Of a stretch of 64,000 nt of DNA, positions 52,735-64,000 are shown in pieces. Origin of the DNA: Dendrobates tinctorius (lineage: Eukaryota); NCBI RefSeq assembly GCF_039654945.1, contig NW_027361692.1, positions 16,182,001 to 16,246,000 on the forward strand, read 5' to 3'. Numbering within the stretch: the stretch's first letter is position 1; each line of letters starts with the position of its first letter. Both the position numbers and the translations under genes were made by a program. The notes under the pieces were generated by a model. The model made no database searches, was not told the DNA's origin, and worked only from the letters and a program-made list of their open reading frames with translations.

Positions 52735-53290
52735 CTCCGTATATGTATTTATGGAATGTCACACACACACGCTGACTCTGTGTAGATGTGACCGTAATTA
52801 GAACACCAGATATCTGATACTGTTTGAGAATCGGACTGCTCAATATGGTGTATAACGAAATGGAAAGGTCCGTATATGTATTTATGGAGTGTCAAACACA
52901 CATGCTGACTCTGTGTAGATGTGACCGTAATAAGAATACCAGATATCCGATACTGTATGAGAATCCGACTGCTCAATACGGTGTATAAAGAAATGGAAAT
53001 GTCCGTAGATGTATTTATGGAGTGTCACACACACAGGCTGACTCTGTGTAGATGTGACCGTAATAAGAACACCAGATATCCGATACTGTTTGAGAATCGA
53101 ACTGCTCAATACGGTGTATAAAGAAATGGAAGTGTCCGTATATGTATTTATGGAGTGTCACACACACGCTGAATCTGTGTAGATGTGACAGTAATAAGAA
53201 CACCAGATATCCGATACTGTTTGATAATCGGACACCTCTATCCGGTGTATGTATGGAAAAATGTTAATCTCTGTGTATTTTTTTACGGAG
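52735..53290. repeat. 133-bp tandem repeat, ~4 moderately diverged copies, upstream of the copy-2 transposase
   Basis: GTATTTATGGA..GTCACACACAC..CTCTGTGTAGATGTGAC recurs with ~133-bp period (52749, 52882, 53015). Confidence 0.85.
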
Positions 53291-54051
53291 TCACACACAT
53301 ATAGCATGCATTTGTCCGTGATACCAGCCGGTACACGGTAGTGTGTGAGGGGCATACACCTCTATACGGTGTGTGAAAAAATGTACGCTCAGTATCTACT
53401 GTGCAGAAAAAAAGAATAAAAGGATTTTTGCTTTTAAAAAAGCAGTCTGCACAGCAGTGTGCAAACAGCAATGCCGCTATCAGGGAGCCTATAAGGCAGC
53501 CTAATCACCAACAGAGCTGCTGCACAAAAAAGTGTGAAAAAATGAAGGATTGGTAACTGTGCAGAAAAAAGGAATAAAAATATTTTTGCTTTTAAAAAAG
53601 CACTCTGCACAGCAGTGTGCAAACAGCAAAGCAGCTTTCAGGGAGCCTTATAAGGCAGCCTAATAACCAACAGAGCTGCTGCACACAAATATAGCCTCCC
53701 CTGTCACTGCACACAAACTGTTGTGTTGTACAGTGAAAATCGCTACTCAAGTATAATAATTGTAAGTGCACATTGATACATAATATGATGACTGCAATAT
53801 ATTAAGAGGATACAAATTTTGTTGGAAGCGTTTCTTTGAGGATTTCTCCATTATGGAGTTACCTTCCTTTTTCTTCTCTTTATAGGTTCAAAGTGAAGTT
53901 TTGTCTCTTTTTTGGAAAATATATATATGTAACATTTATAAAATCCATTAAAAGATATATTTATTAGCTATGCATTCAAAAGGAAACCCCATAACAAACT
54001 CAAACACAAAAACAGCCTGAGCCAAAGAGGGCAGTACTATAATATATCCTT

Positions 54052-54550
54052 ATAATTAACAAATTAGGGAGAACCCCAAATAAACCCCCACTAGAACATC
54101 ATAAAATTTAACATTTATTCATATTTTTAAAATAAACTGTATACAAAGGATATAAAAAGTTTTGCCCCTAATCTGCCTCTATTATCTGCAATTGATTTAT
54201 GCCGTGTCCCTGCTGCTATATATTACTGAGGTGTAAATTTTTTTGAAGCCTATTTCCCATCCCCTGATGATGCCGCTAACACAGTGAAACATGTTGGGGG
54301 GATGCTGGTGCTAAAATTTATTGCCCTATTCTGCCAAATATGTTTTAGTATCCCGGATGTTATACAGTACACCTCAATAATATAAAATAGCAGGCACACT
54401 GCGTAAATCAATCGCAGATAATAGAGGCAGATTAGGGACAGAAATATTCATACCCTTTGCATACACTTTATTTTAAAAATATTAAAAAAAGTAAAATTTG
54501 ATGGTATTCCAGTGGGAATTTATTTGGGGTTCTCCCCAATTTGGTAATTA
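54052..54550. repeat. Penelope-type inverted repeat with ~185-bp arms
   Basis: GGAGAACCCCAAATAAA...CCCTAATCTGCCTCTATTATCTGC mirrored by GCAGATAATAGAGGCAGATTAGGG...TTTATTTGGGGTTCTCC. Confidence 0.85.
54258..54304 (+). ncRNA. Minimal hammerhead ribozyme motif in the palindrome loop
   Basis: CATCCC-CTGATGA-T-GCCG(ctaaca)CAGT-GAAA-CATGTT-GGGGGGATG; palindromic AACATGTT stem III; stem II weakened. Confidence 0.6.
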
Positions 54551-54932
54551 TATGTACATATCCCTCCAAACAGGATTTTGGTTCCTCTAGTTTTTTTTTT
54601 GCTTTACTTTTTATAATATATCCTATCTGATAAATGGGCACTAAGAATACCCTAAAAACCTTCCCTATGATTGCTCCTACCTAGGCAGGAAGGCTGTAAA
54701 TAATAATGGTGAGCCATCTCACCATTGACTAGACCTTACATCAGCCTAAAAATCCCTAAAGTGTCCAAAATAAATGAGCAGAGATATGTAGATGCAACTT
54801 AATATTCAATGTAATATACATAATCTTAAGCAGAAAGAAAAGGGCAACAAGGGAGCCAAAACCATATCAAAGAATAAACACTTCTCTTGGAAAGAGTGTG
54901 CGTAAGTATGTACTTATCTGTTGACACTTAAC

Positions 54933-54973
54933 GCCTATACATGGTTTTCCTTTGATATGGTTCATCAGGAGGC
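54933..54973 (-). ncRNA. Degenerate hammerhead-like motif
   Basis: Reverse complement: GCCTC-CTGATGA-ACC(atatcaaa)GG-AAAAC-CAT-GTA-TAGGC. Confidence 0.4.
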
Positions 54974-55636
54974 CAACAGGAAGGAGGGATGAAGAACACT
55001 CATCATAGGTCTATGAAAGTATTTATGTGCATATTTAATGGACAGTCATTAGTGTTCAGAATTATTCAGCAACCAAATTAAAAACGTACATTTTTCCATC
55101 ACAACTGTTTATTTTCATTTGCTAAATTGAGAATAATAATCAAACAAATCAAAATGTACAAAAATACATTTCTGACATTCAAAAAAAATCAGTGATCAAT
55201 AAAGACACACATTTTTTTCAATGAGTGATAAGCCTTCCATACATTGCATCTTTAAGATTCTTAATTGAGGATCAACTTTTTAGTTAGAACCAACCACAGC
55301 CTCCCAGACATTGCCTGCTCAAAGAAATGTACTGTTTTCCTTCACTGTAAATTTCCCATTTAAGAAGGTCCCAAAGGTTCTCAATAGGATTTAGCTCAGG
55401 TGAGAAAGAGGGCTATGTCATAATTCTTTCATTTTCAAGGGGAACCTGTAACCAGGCTAGGCCGATATGAGATGCGGCCACCACCTTTCAGGGCTGATAT
55501 ACACCATTCTATACTGCTGCGGGAGGCGCTGGACCAAGAAGAGAGACACCCCATGGACAGGACCGGCCCGCAGGTGAGTATAATAAAAGTTATTTTTCAG
55601 TTATTCCAGGTCGGGTTGGGGGCAGATGTATATATA

Positions 55637-57260
<1,624 letters not shown>

Positions 57261-57301
<41 letters not shown>
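57261..57301. repeat. (TA)n microsatellite at the Tc1 target site
   Basis: ~20 TA units. Confidence 0.95.
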
Positions 57302-57304
<3 letters not shown>

Positions 57305-58169
57305 CCCATATATGTGGTGACTGCATCTCACATCGGCCAAATCTGGTGACAGGTTCCCTTTAGGGCCTTTATTGTCAGACAAGCAGTGGAGAAATTCGAA
57401 GCATACAGTGGAGCATTGTCCTGCATAAAAATTATGGTATTATTGGTAGATGCAGACTTTTTCATTCCTGTACCACTACTTAAATAAAGATGAGTCCTTC
57501 TTCAACCCAAAAAGGTCAACTAGCTCATCTTTATAAACACTTCTCATGGCAGTACCCCTCCTCGATCTTGTTGGCATCTAAGTCAAACTGGAGGTTTATA
57601 CCCATCACTGATCCAGCCACAACCCTTCCATCTGGACTGTCAGAAATAACTTTCATCTTATTAATCTATGCAACCTTTGAAAAATCTGCTTATAGATATT
57701 TCTTGGCCCAGTCATCTTCTGTGTCTATTTCACTGGTAGTTGGGCTTTATCACTCTTTACCTTGGCCTTGTCTGTCAGCACTGAACACTTTGTATGTCTG
57801 GGGCCCCTGGGTAGGTTGCAGTTCTGGAATATGGCACCACTGGAGGAGAATAAGTTCCTGGTGGTTTCATGTTTGATTCTTCTCAAATCTTTGGGAGTTA
57901 ATGTGCATCTTTTTTCTCAACAGTTATTTTGGGAAGAATGCATACAAAGTGCATTTGTAATATCCATAAGTTACAATGTTTGGCTTTGTGAATACATTAC
58001 ATTTTCATCACTAATATTGCTCTATGCTCTTTCTCGTGTGGTCGGAGTGTAGGTCCACCTTAAGGACTTACATGCTCAGTTGCATTCTTCCTCTGTGACT
58101 CCTCAAGTCGGGCAGTGATCTGACAGTGAGGCAGTCAATTTAATTTGGTAATGAGAGAATAACCACAGT

Positions 58170-60010
58170 ATGTGCAGCAATAATAAGATGTGGAGACATG
58201 GAATATGAAAGAGATGGATTGTCAGTTAGTCCCATTGCCACATTAATGTAAAATCCAGCACCTAGTCCTGTAGTCTGCCTGTATGAACATTTGTGAAAAA
58301 GTGGTTATTTCTAAAGAGTTTACTGAATTCAAGTGTAGTGAAGTAATACAATGTCATTATTGTAAGTCAGTTCATGAAATCTCTTCTCTCTTAAATATTC
58401 TACAATCAACTGTGTTATGAGTTCATTTTCTCCTTCACCTCTGATGTCTGATGAGCTCCCTCTGCTGGTGAAAGGAGGTAGTGAAATTGATCTGGATGGG
58501 AAGAACCTGTCATCTGAACAGGTGGAGCGTGATTGGACATCCGAAATTTCTGAGTCAATATAAGGCAGCCGACGCCCTGCAGGGTTGCTGGTGATCCTTT
58601 CTGCTCTGAGCTCTGGCATCCAGTTTAGTTCCTGTCTACTAAAAGCTAAGTTTTTGCTGTGCTATTTTTCCATGAGATTTTGTCTGTTTACTTAGTGTTT
58701 GTGTTCAGCCTGCCCTGGATGGGCCGGGCTGAACTCCATTTTTGTCTCTGATCAGTTGATCTCTTTGCTCTGTCTTCAGAATATACCTGAGTGCTGATAT
58801 AGTGATTTTGAAGTCTAGTGACTTCAGGGCCTTTTCTATCAGACGTGTTGGACATTATTTTTGGCAGGGTTTTTTGCGTGATTGCAGCCAGCATCTTTTC
58901 TGTCCTTTCCTATCTAGTTAGTTGGGCCCCATCATTTGCTCAGCCTGTCTTTCTGTCTGTGTTTGTGTTTTCATCATGTTTCACCGACAATACATGTTGG
59001 GGGCTGTCTATTGCTTTAGGGTCTGCTCTGGGGCAGTTTAGATTTCCCCTTTCTTTCTTTAGGCTTATTTAGCTCTCCGGCTGTGACGAGGGGTCTAGGG
59101 CACCGTAGGAACCCCCCACGGCTACTGTTAGTTGTGGTGAATAGGATCAGGGGTCTGCAATCCGCTAGCTACCAACCTCTCCGGTTTTCTGGACTTAGCT
59201 TGTGTTTTTGTTTTTTCCTCATCCAGTGACTCATTCATAACACAACTGTGTGTGATTCTCTTGAAAAGTGAAAGCATTTAGAAATAGAACCTCAGCCAAA
59301 AAGTGGAGACTGTGACTTTAGTGGTGTCACCAATTACTAAGGCTTATAATGCATAGAATTAACCAGCGATAACTAGCACTGCAAAGTTAAAAATCTACTT
59401 TGAGAAATCATCAAGACAAAAACTGTGCCCAAAGCTTTTGGCATGGGTTTCTAGTTTTACATTACCAAGCACAATGGCAAGCATCAGATAAAAACATGTA
59501 AAGCATGCTACAACTGGAGTCTGGATCAATGGAAACAAGTTCTGCAGAGTGATTAGGCACACTTATCGATCTCCCAGTATAATGGATGATTCTGGGTTTG
59601 ACCAAAGTTAAGAGAAAATTCCTTAAGGGGATTAGGCCCCTTAGTTCCATTAAAAGGAAATCTTAATTCTTCAGCATTCCAATACGCTTTGGATAATTAT
59701 ATACTTTGAACTTTGTGGGAACAGTTTAAGGAGATTCTTTTACATTCCAACATGACTGTGCATCAGTGCACAATGCAAGGTCCATAAAAGCATGGTTGGG
59801 TGAATTTGTCATACAAGAAATGTACTGTTTTGCACCAAACCCTGACTTCAATCCCACTGAATACCTTTGGCAGAAACTAGAAGAGGTCCTCTTATCCAGC
59901 ATCTGTATCTGACCTAGCAAATACTCTTCTGAGTGAATAGACAACATTTCACACAAGTATACTCTAAAATTGGTACTGTGTAAGTGCCCCAATACCTTTT
60001 CCCATACAGT
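58170..60010 (+). mobile_element. Degenerate Tc1 interrupted by a solo LTR
   Basis: EISSLLNILQSTV HTH reads across the LTR insertion; QWKQVLQSD, FQHD, PDFNPTEYLW motifs; ends CAGTG|TA. Left boundary approximate. Confidence 0.6.
58413..59242 (+). mobile_element. Solo LTR (830 bp)
   Basis: TGTTATGA...TCATAACA termini; direct flanks CAACTG/CAACTG. Confidence 0.85.
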
Positions 60011-60438
60011 GTATAAAGATAGTTTGCCAGAAAATAGATTAATTTTGTTCCTTCGGTGATGAGGAGTAGATCAATAATGACTATGAAAAATAACTGAAAA
60101 TACAAAAGTAAATTTTACTAACTAGTCCTCAGTAAATAGCTGCTCTATGCTCCATAACATTTTTAAGTTATTTCTAACCATTATGTTCTGCTCTGTGGAA
60201 AAGCCTGCAACTAAAATGAAATCCTTTTTAGTTCCTTCCTGACAAATCAGAGCTAACATAGTGAACAATTAAGAGAAAATACAGGCAAGCTTTTTCGTTT
60301 AGCTGGTAAGGAAATGCCCTCTCTTGCCCCATGGAAAATAGGCCATTGGATGAAAGGAAGAAAAGTGAGGAGCAGACAAAGAAAAGATTGCATTCTGCAT
60401 ATTACGCATGAAACTAATCTATGCAATATTTTTATATA

Positions 60439-61762
60439 CAGCTCTGGCAAAAATTAAGAGACTACTGCAAAATTGTCAGTTTGTCTGATTTTTCTCTTTA
60501 TAGGTAAATTTTTGAGTAAAATGTAAATTGTTCTTTTATTCTATAAACTACTGACAACATGTCTCCTAATTTCCAAGCACTAAATTTTGTATTTATTTTC
60601 AGAAAATGAGATTTGGTCAAAATAACAAAAAAATGGAGTGCTTGCAGAACTCAAATAATGCTAAGAAAACAAGTTCATAATCATTTAGAAACAACAATAC
60701 TAATGTTTTAACTCAGGAAGAGTTCAGAAATCAATATTTTCTGGAATAACCATGATTTTTAATCACAGCTTTCATGCGTCTTGGCATGCTTTCCACCAGT
60801 ATTTCACACTGCTTTTGGGTGTCCTTATGCCACTCCTGGTACAAAAATTTAAGCAGTCCTTCTTTGTTTGATTGCTTGTAACTATCCATCTTCCTCTTGA
60901 TTACATTCCAGAGGTTTTCAATGGGGTTCCGGTCTGGAGATTGGGTTGGTCATGACAGAGATTTGATGTGGTGGTCCTTCATCCACACATTGATTGGCCT
61001 AGCTGTGTGGCATGGTGCATTGTCCTGTTGGAAAAACCAGTCCTCAGAGGTAGGGAACGTTGCCTGAACAGCAGGAATCAACTGTTTTTCCAGGATAACC
61101 TTGTATGCGGCTTGATTCATGCATCATTAGCAAAGATTAACCTGCCCAATTCCAGCCTTGCTGAATCATCCCCAGATCATCACAGATCCTCCACCAAACT
61201 TCACAGTGGGTGCAAGACATGTGGCTTATACGCCTCTCCAGGTCTCTGTCTAACCATTAGATGACCAGGTGTTGGTCCAATCCTTATGGTCTTTAGCAAA
61301 CTTCAGCCTGGCTCTCCTGTGCTTCTCATTGATGAAGGGCTTTCTTCTACATTTACACGACTTGATCCCTGCCTCTAAGAGCCTGTTACGAACTGTTCTT
61401 GCTGTACACTTCACCCCAGCTGCCATTTGTCATTCCTTTTGTAGACCACTTGATGTCATCCTGTGGTTGCTGAGTGATATTCAAATAAGATGACGGTCAT
61501 CCTGGTCAGTGGAGAGTCATTTTCGCCCTCTTGTCGGTCTGTAGCTTTGCTGTTCCCAATGTCTGCTGCTTGACCTTGTTGTAATGGACTGTCATCTTAG
61601 AAATTTTAAGGATGGCGGCAACATGATGCTCACTGTATCTCTCTACTAGTAAAGCCAAAATTGAGCCCTTCTTTTCCTCACTGAAAACTTTCTTTTCAAC
61701 TCCTTTGGCATAGTTAAAAGTTATTTTTTCATTCCTATTACTTTTGGGATATTACTAGCACT
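60439..61762 (-). mobile_element. Degenerate Tc1, truncated by the LTR retroelement
   Basis: TA|CAGCTCTGGCAAAAATTAAGAGAC TIR; minus-strand SPDRNPIENLW and FQQDNAP-like motifs. Confidence 0.8.
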
Positions 61763-62702
61763 TGCATAGCAGCTGCAGGGGCAGTATTCGTTGTAATAGG
61801 CGACCGGGTCTCCCTCTCGCAGAGCCCGTCCATGTCTGACGGGGGTCACAGTGAGGTAGTCTTTGTGGCCGGTGGCGAGGTCCTGGATAAATCCATAGCC
61901 TTTTGCGGTGTTAGTAAATACAAGCTGCCCATATGATTGAGGGGTAGTCATGGCTGCCTCTTCCTTCTCGTGTAACGGTGCCCACACCTCCCACTCATTG
62001 GCCTCCTTCTGTTCACTAATCTCCACATCCCAGGCAGAGGGTCCGGTGTAGGCCACAGAGTCCAGTGGGCAGGCCGCAGTCGGGGTCAAGAACGGGGAAG
62101 AGGTGGCCGCGGACATTGGGGAGCAGGCCGCAACCACAGTCACGGACGGGACAGAGGCAGCCACAGGCATTGGCGGGTAGGCCGCGGAGCAGGCCGCAGC
62201 AGGGGCTGAAATGGCGGCAGGCCCTGATGGATAGGCCGCCGCCAGAAGATGGAGCGTGGCAGGGGAGGCCACAGGTCGGTTCAGCGCCGCAACACGGAAC
62301 AAGGTACCACTGGGTGGGGTGGCTCAGGATCACTGACAGGAGCCGCAAAGTCATCCAGGGCCGGGGTCGCTGAAGAACGGGGGGTCAGGCGGGAAGGCCG
62401 GGGGCCGGTGTCAGGGCCCTGGGGCCTGTCTTGTACATGGGGTATGGGGGTGGGGTCTGTCTGCAGTGCCACCGGCTGAGCCGGAGTAATGCTCACCTTC
62501 CCCGGCACCGCGGGTCCTGACAGTCCATCCCGCAGCTCCTCCAGCAGCCGATGTTCTTAACCCCACGTTCGGCAGGGCCAGCCTCCAGGCCCGATGACTA
62601 CACACGGACGGTCGGCAACAACTCCTCTAGCAGCTGTTCCTGGTAGTCCAAGGTGGCTGCAAACTCCTGTGCTTCTTTTTGACACCAAATCGCCACAGCC
62701 AT
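61763..62702 (-). pseudogene. Disrupted retroelement ORF: helical N-terminus, Pro/Ala-rich linker, C-terminal cold-shock-like domain (~61763-61935)
   Basis: AAAATGG start at 62702; domain YGQLVFTNTAKGYGFIQD...DYLTV...ALREGDPVAY...CYA carries the RNP1-like KGYGFI motif. Confidence 0.65.
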
Positions 62703-62859
62703 TTTTAACAAAGCACTTTTCCGCTCCGGATCTGCTTCTTAACAGCCAGCAATCCACAGTCCAGTTTTTTTTTTAAATCCACAAGGGCAAAAAGCAACTT
62801 GGGTCCCTTGGCTCTTCTGGCGCAGGCTTGCTGCAGAAGATGATGTATTTGCGGCAATG

Positions 62860-62877
62860 ATCCTGCCGACTACGCCA
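62860..62877 (-). other. Primer-binding site complementary to the tRNA-Ser 3' end
   Basis: Minus-strand TGGCGTAGTCGGCAGGAT is the complement of the vertebrate tRNA-Ser 3' end ATCCTGCCGACTACG-CCA. Confidence 0.88.
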
Positions 62878-63804
62878 AATGTAGGTAAGGTAGGAGTGAG
62901 GGCAACCGACCGGGGGGTGGTCAGTTACTGGCCGCAGACAAACTTGAGACAGAGACAGGATCGTGTCCAACAGGTCTTCTTTATTATTTATCCGCCAGCT
63001 ACGCAACAACTTAGTCTCATTTCGTGACTGCTTGACAGCCTCCGTGGCCTCCCACAGCCGCTACACGACATCACACACAGCAGCTGCTTGTCAGTCTCCA
63101 CAGCCGCACTCAGCAGCTGCTCATCACTCTACACAGCCGCACACAGCAGCCACTCGACGATTCCCTCAGCTACACACAGTAGCTGCTTGACTTTGTACAC
63201 AGGTCTGGGTACCTTCACTTTCTTTCTTTGACACATGGACGTCCCTCATGGCTCTGTCACTGTGGCCACCCTAGGCCTACCACCACAGCATTTCACCAGT
63301 CCAAGTCCATTCAGTTTAGTGGTACCCCAGGCTGTCTCTGTCTGTGGCCTCTCTTTGCTCTCCGTCTGTGGCCTCTGCTGTCTATGTCTGCGGCTAACCC
63401 TGTCAGGGCCACCCCCCGTAACTGGCACAACTGTCAATCCTCTCGGGAACTTCCTTCCTCCTCAGCCGTGCTTCTTGTTTCATGTGCTCCCTGCACTGAC
63501 TGACCCTTCCAGAACCTTCCATCTGCCTTTTATCACCTTCTGCTCTGGTAACTCCACCCCCATGACTCAACGGTTTTTCCTAGCCAATTACTGATGTTCA
63601 GTCCTAACCTACAGCCCTACAACTCTCCACTGCCCTCTAATGGTCAAACCCCAACACTATGCTTCTTTCTCTTTATCTACAGCTGTTTTCCATCTCTCAG
63701 TCCTACACTGCCTTACACCCTTTGTCTTCCTATTACAGACAGGTTCGTCCGTCAATTCACCTTCACTACATCTAAGTGACAGCTCACCAGTGATCAGCCT
63801 CACA

Positions 63805-63877
63805 ATGTCCCAGTGAACCCATCCATGTCGGATCGTTGGTGGGATCGCTGGGACATCGTAATATGTAATGGGGGCTT
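63805..63877. mobile_element. Right end of a Harbinger MITE (family of 1140-1731)
   Basis: Ends TGTAATGGGGGCT|TTA, like TGTGATGGGGGCT|TTA at 1731. Confidence 0.55.
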
Positions 63878-64000
63878 TATGTGGAAAAAATTAATTTGCT
63901 GCAATCTCTTCAGTAAAAAAGTTAATTATAACAACTATTCTAGATTATCTGTTTCTTTTGTGCCAGTACTTAAACTCCTGTTTAGTTTTAATTCTCACCA

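Larger units (their letters stand above)
40773..53746 (-). mobile_element. Second, older hAT of the same family: partially duplicated, with nested insertions; right end truncated
   Basis: Left TIR TAGAGATGAGCGA and subterminal region homologous to 11633 onward; homology to copy 1 ends at ~53746 (copy-1 position ~20127). Confidence 0.85.
61763..63804 (-). mobile_element. 5' portion of an LTR retrotransposon: LTR (62880-63804), PBS and first ORF
   Basis: Minus-strand LTR TGTGAGG...CCTACA with AATAAA (~62980), followed after 2 nt by an 18-nt PBS. Confidence 0.85.

Noticed and set aside
62860-62877. tRNA-Ser gene
   Set aside because: Only the 3' 18 nt including CCA are present, adjacent to an LTR, so this is a PBS.

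Overview
AT-rich eukaryotic genomic DNA. The repeat families suggest an anuran amphibian (inference). No host protein-coding exon could be supported; most of the window is nested transposable elements. These are: about eight Tc1/mariner copies (one with an uninterrupted DD34E ORF), two large hAT elements with BED-finger transposase pseudogenes, CR1 and L2 LINE pieces, several solo LTRs, Harbinger, Kolobok/T2 and hAT MITEs, and a piggyBac-like non-autonomous element. Main points of interest: (1) an LTR retroelement (5' LTR plus an 18-nt tRNA-Ser PBS) whose first ORF encodes a cold-shock-like domain where gag would be expected; (2) an 8.9-kb hAT with perfect TIRs and TSD whose predicted ~3-kb transposase leader holds a ~20x133-bp tandem array and is almost ATG-free, with a conserved ~205-nt 3' hairpin and a relic of a captured Gypsy integrase; (3) several Penelope-type palindromes carrying minimal hammerhead ribozyme cores.
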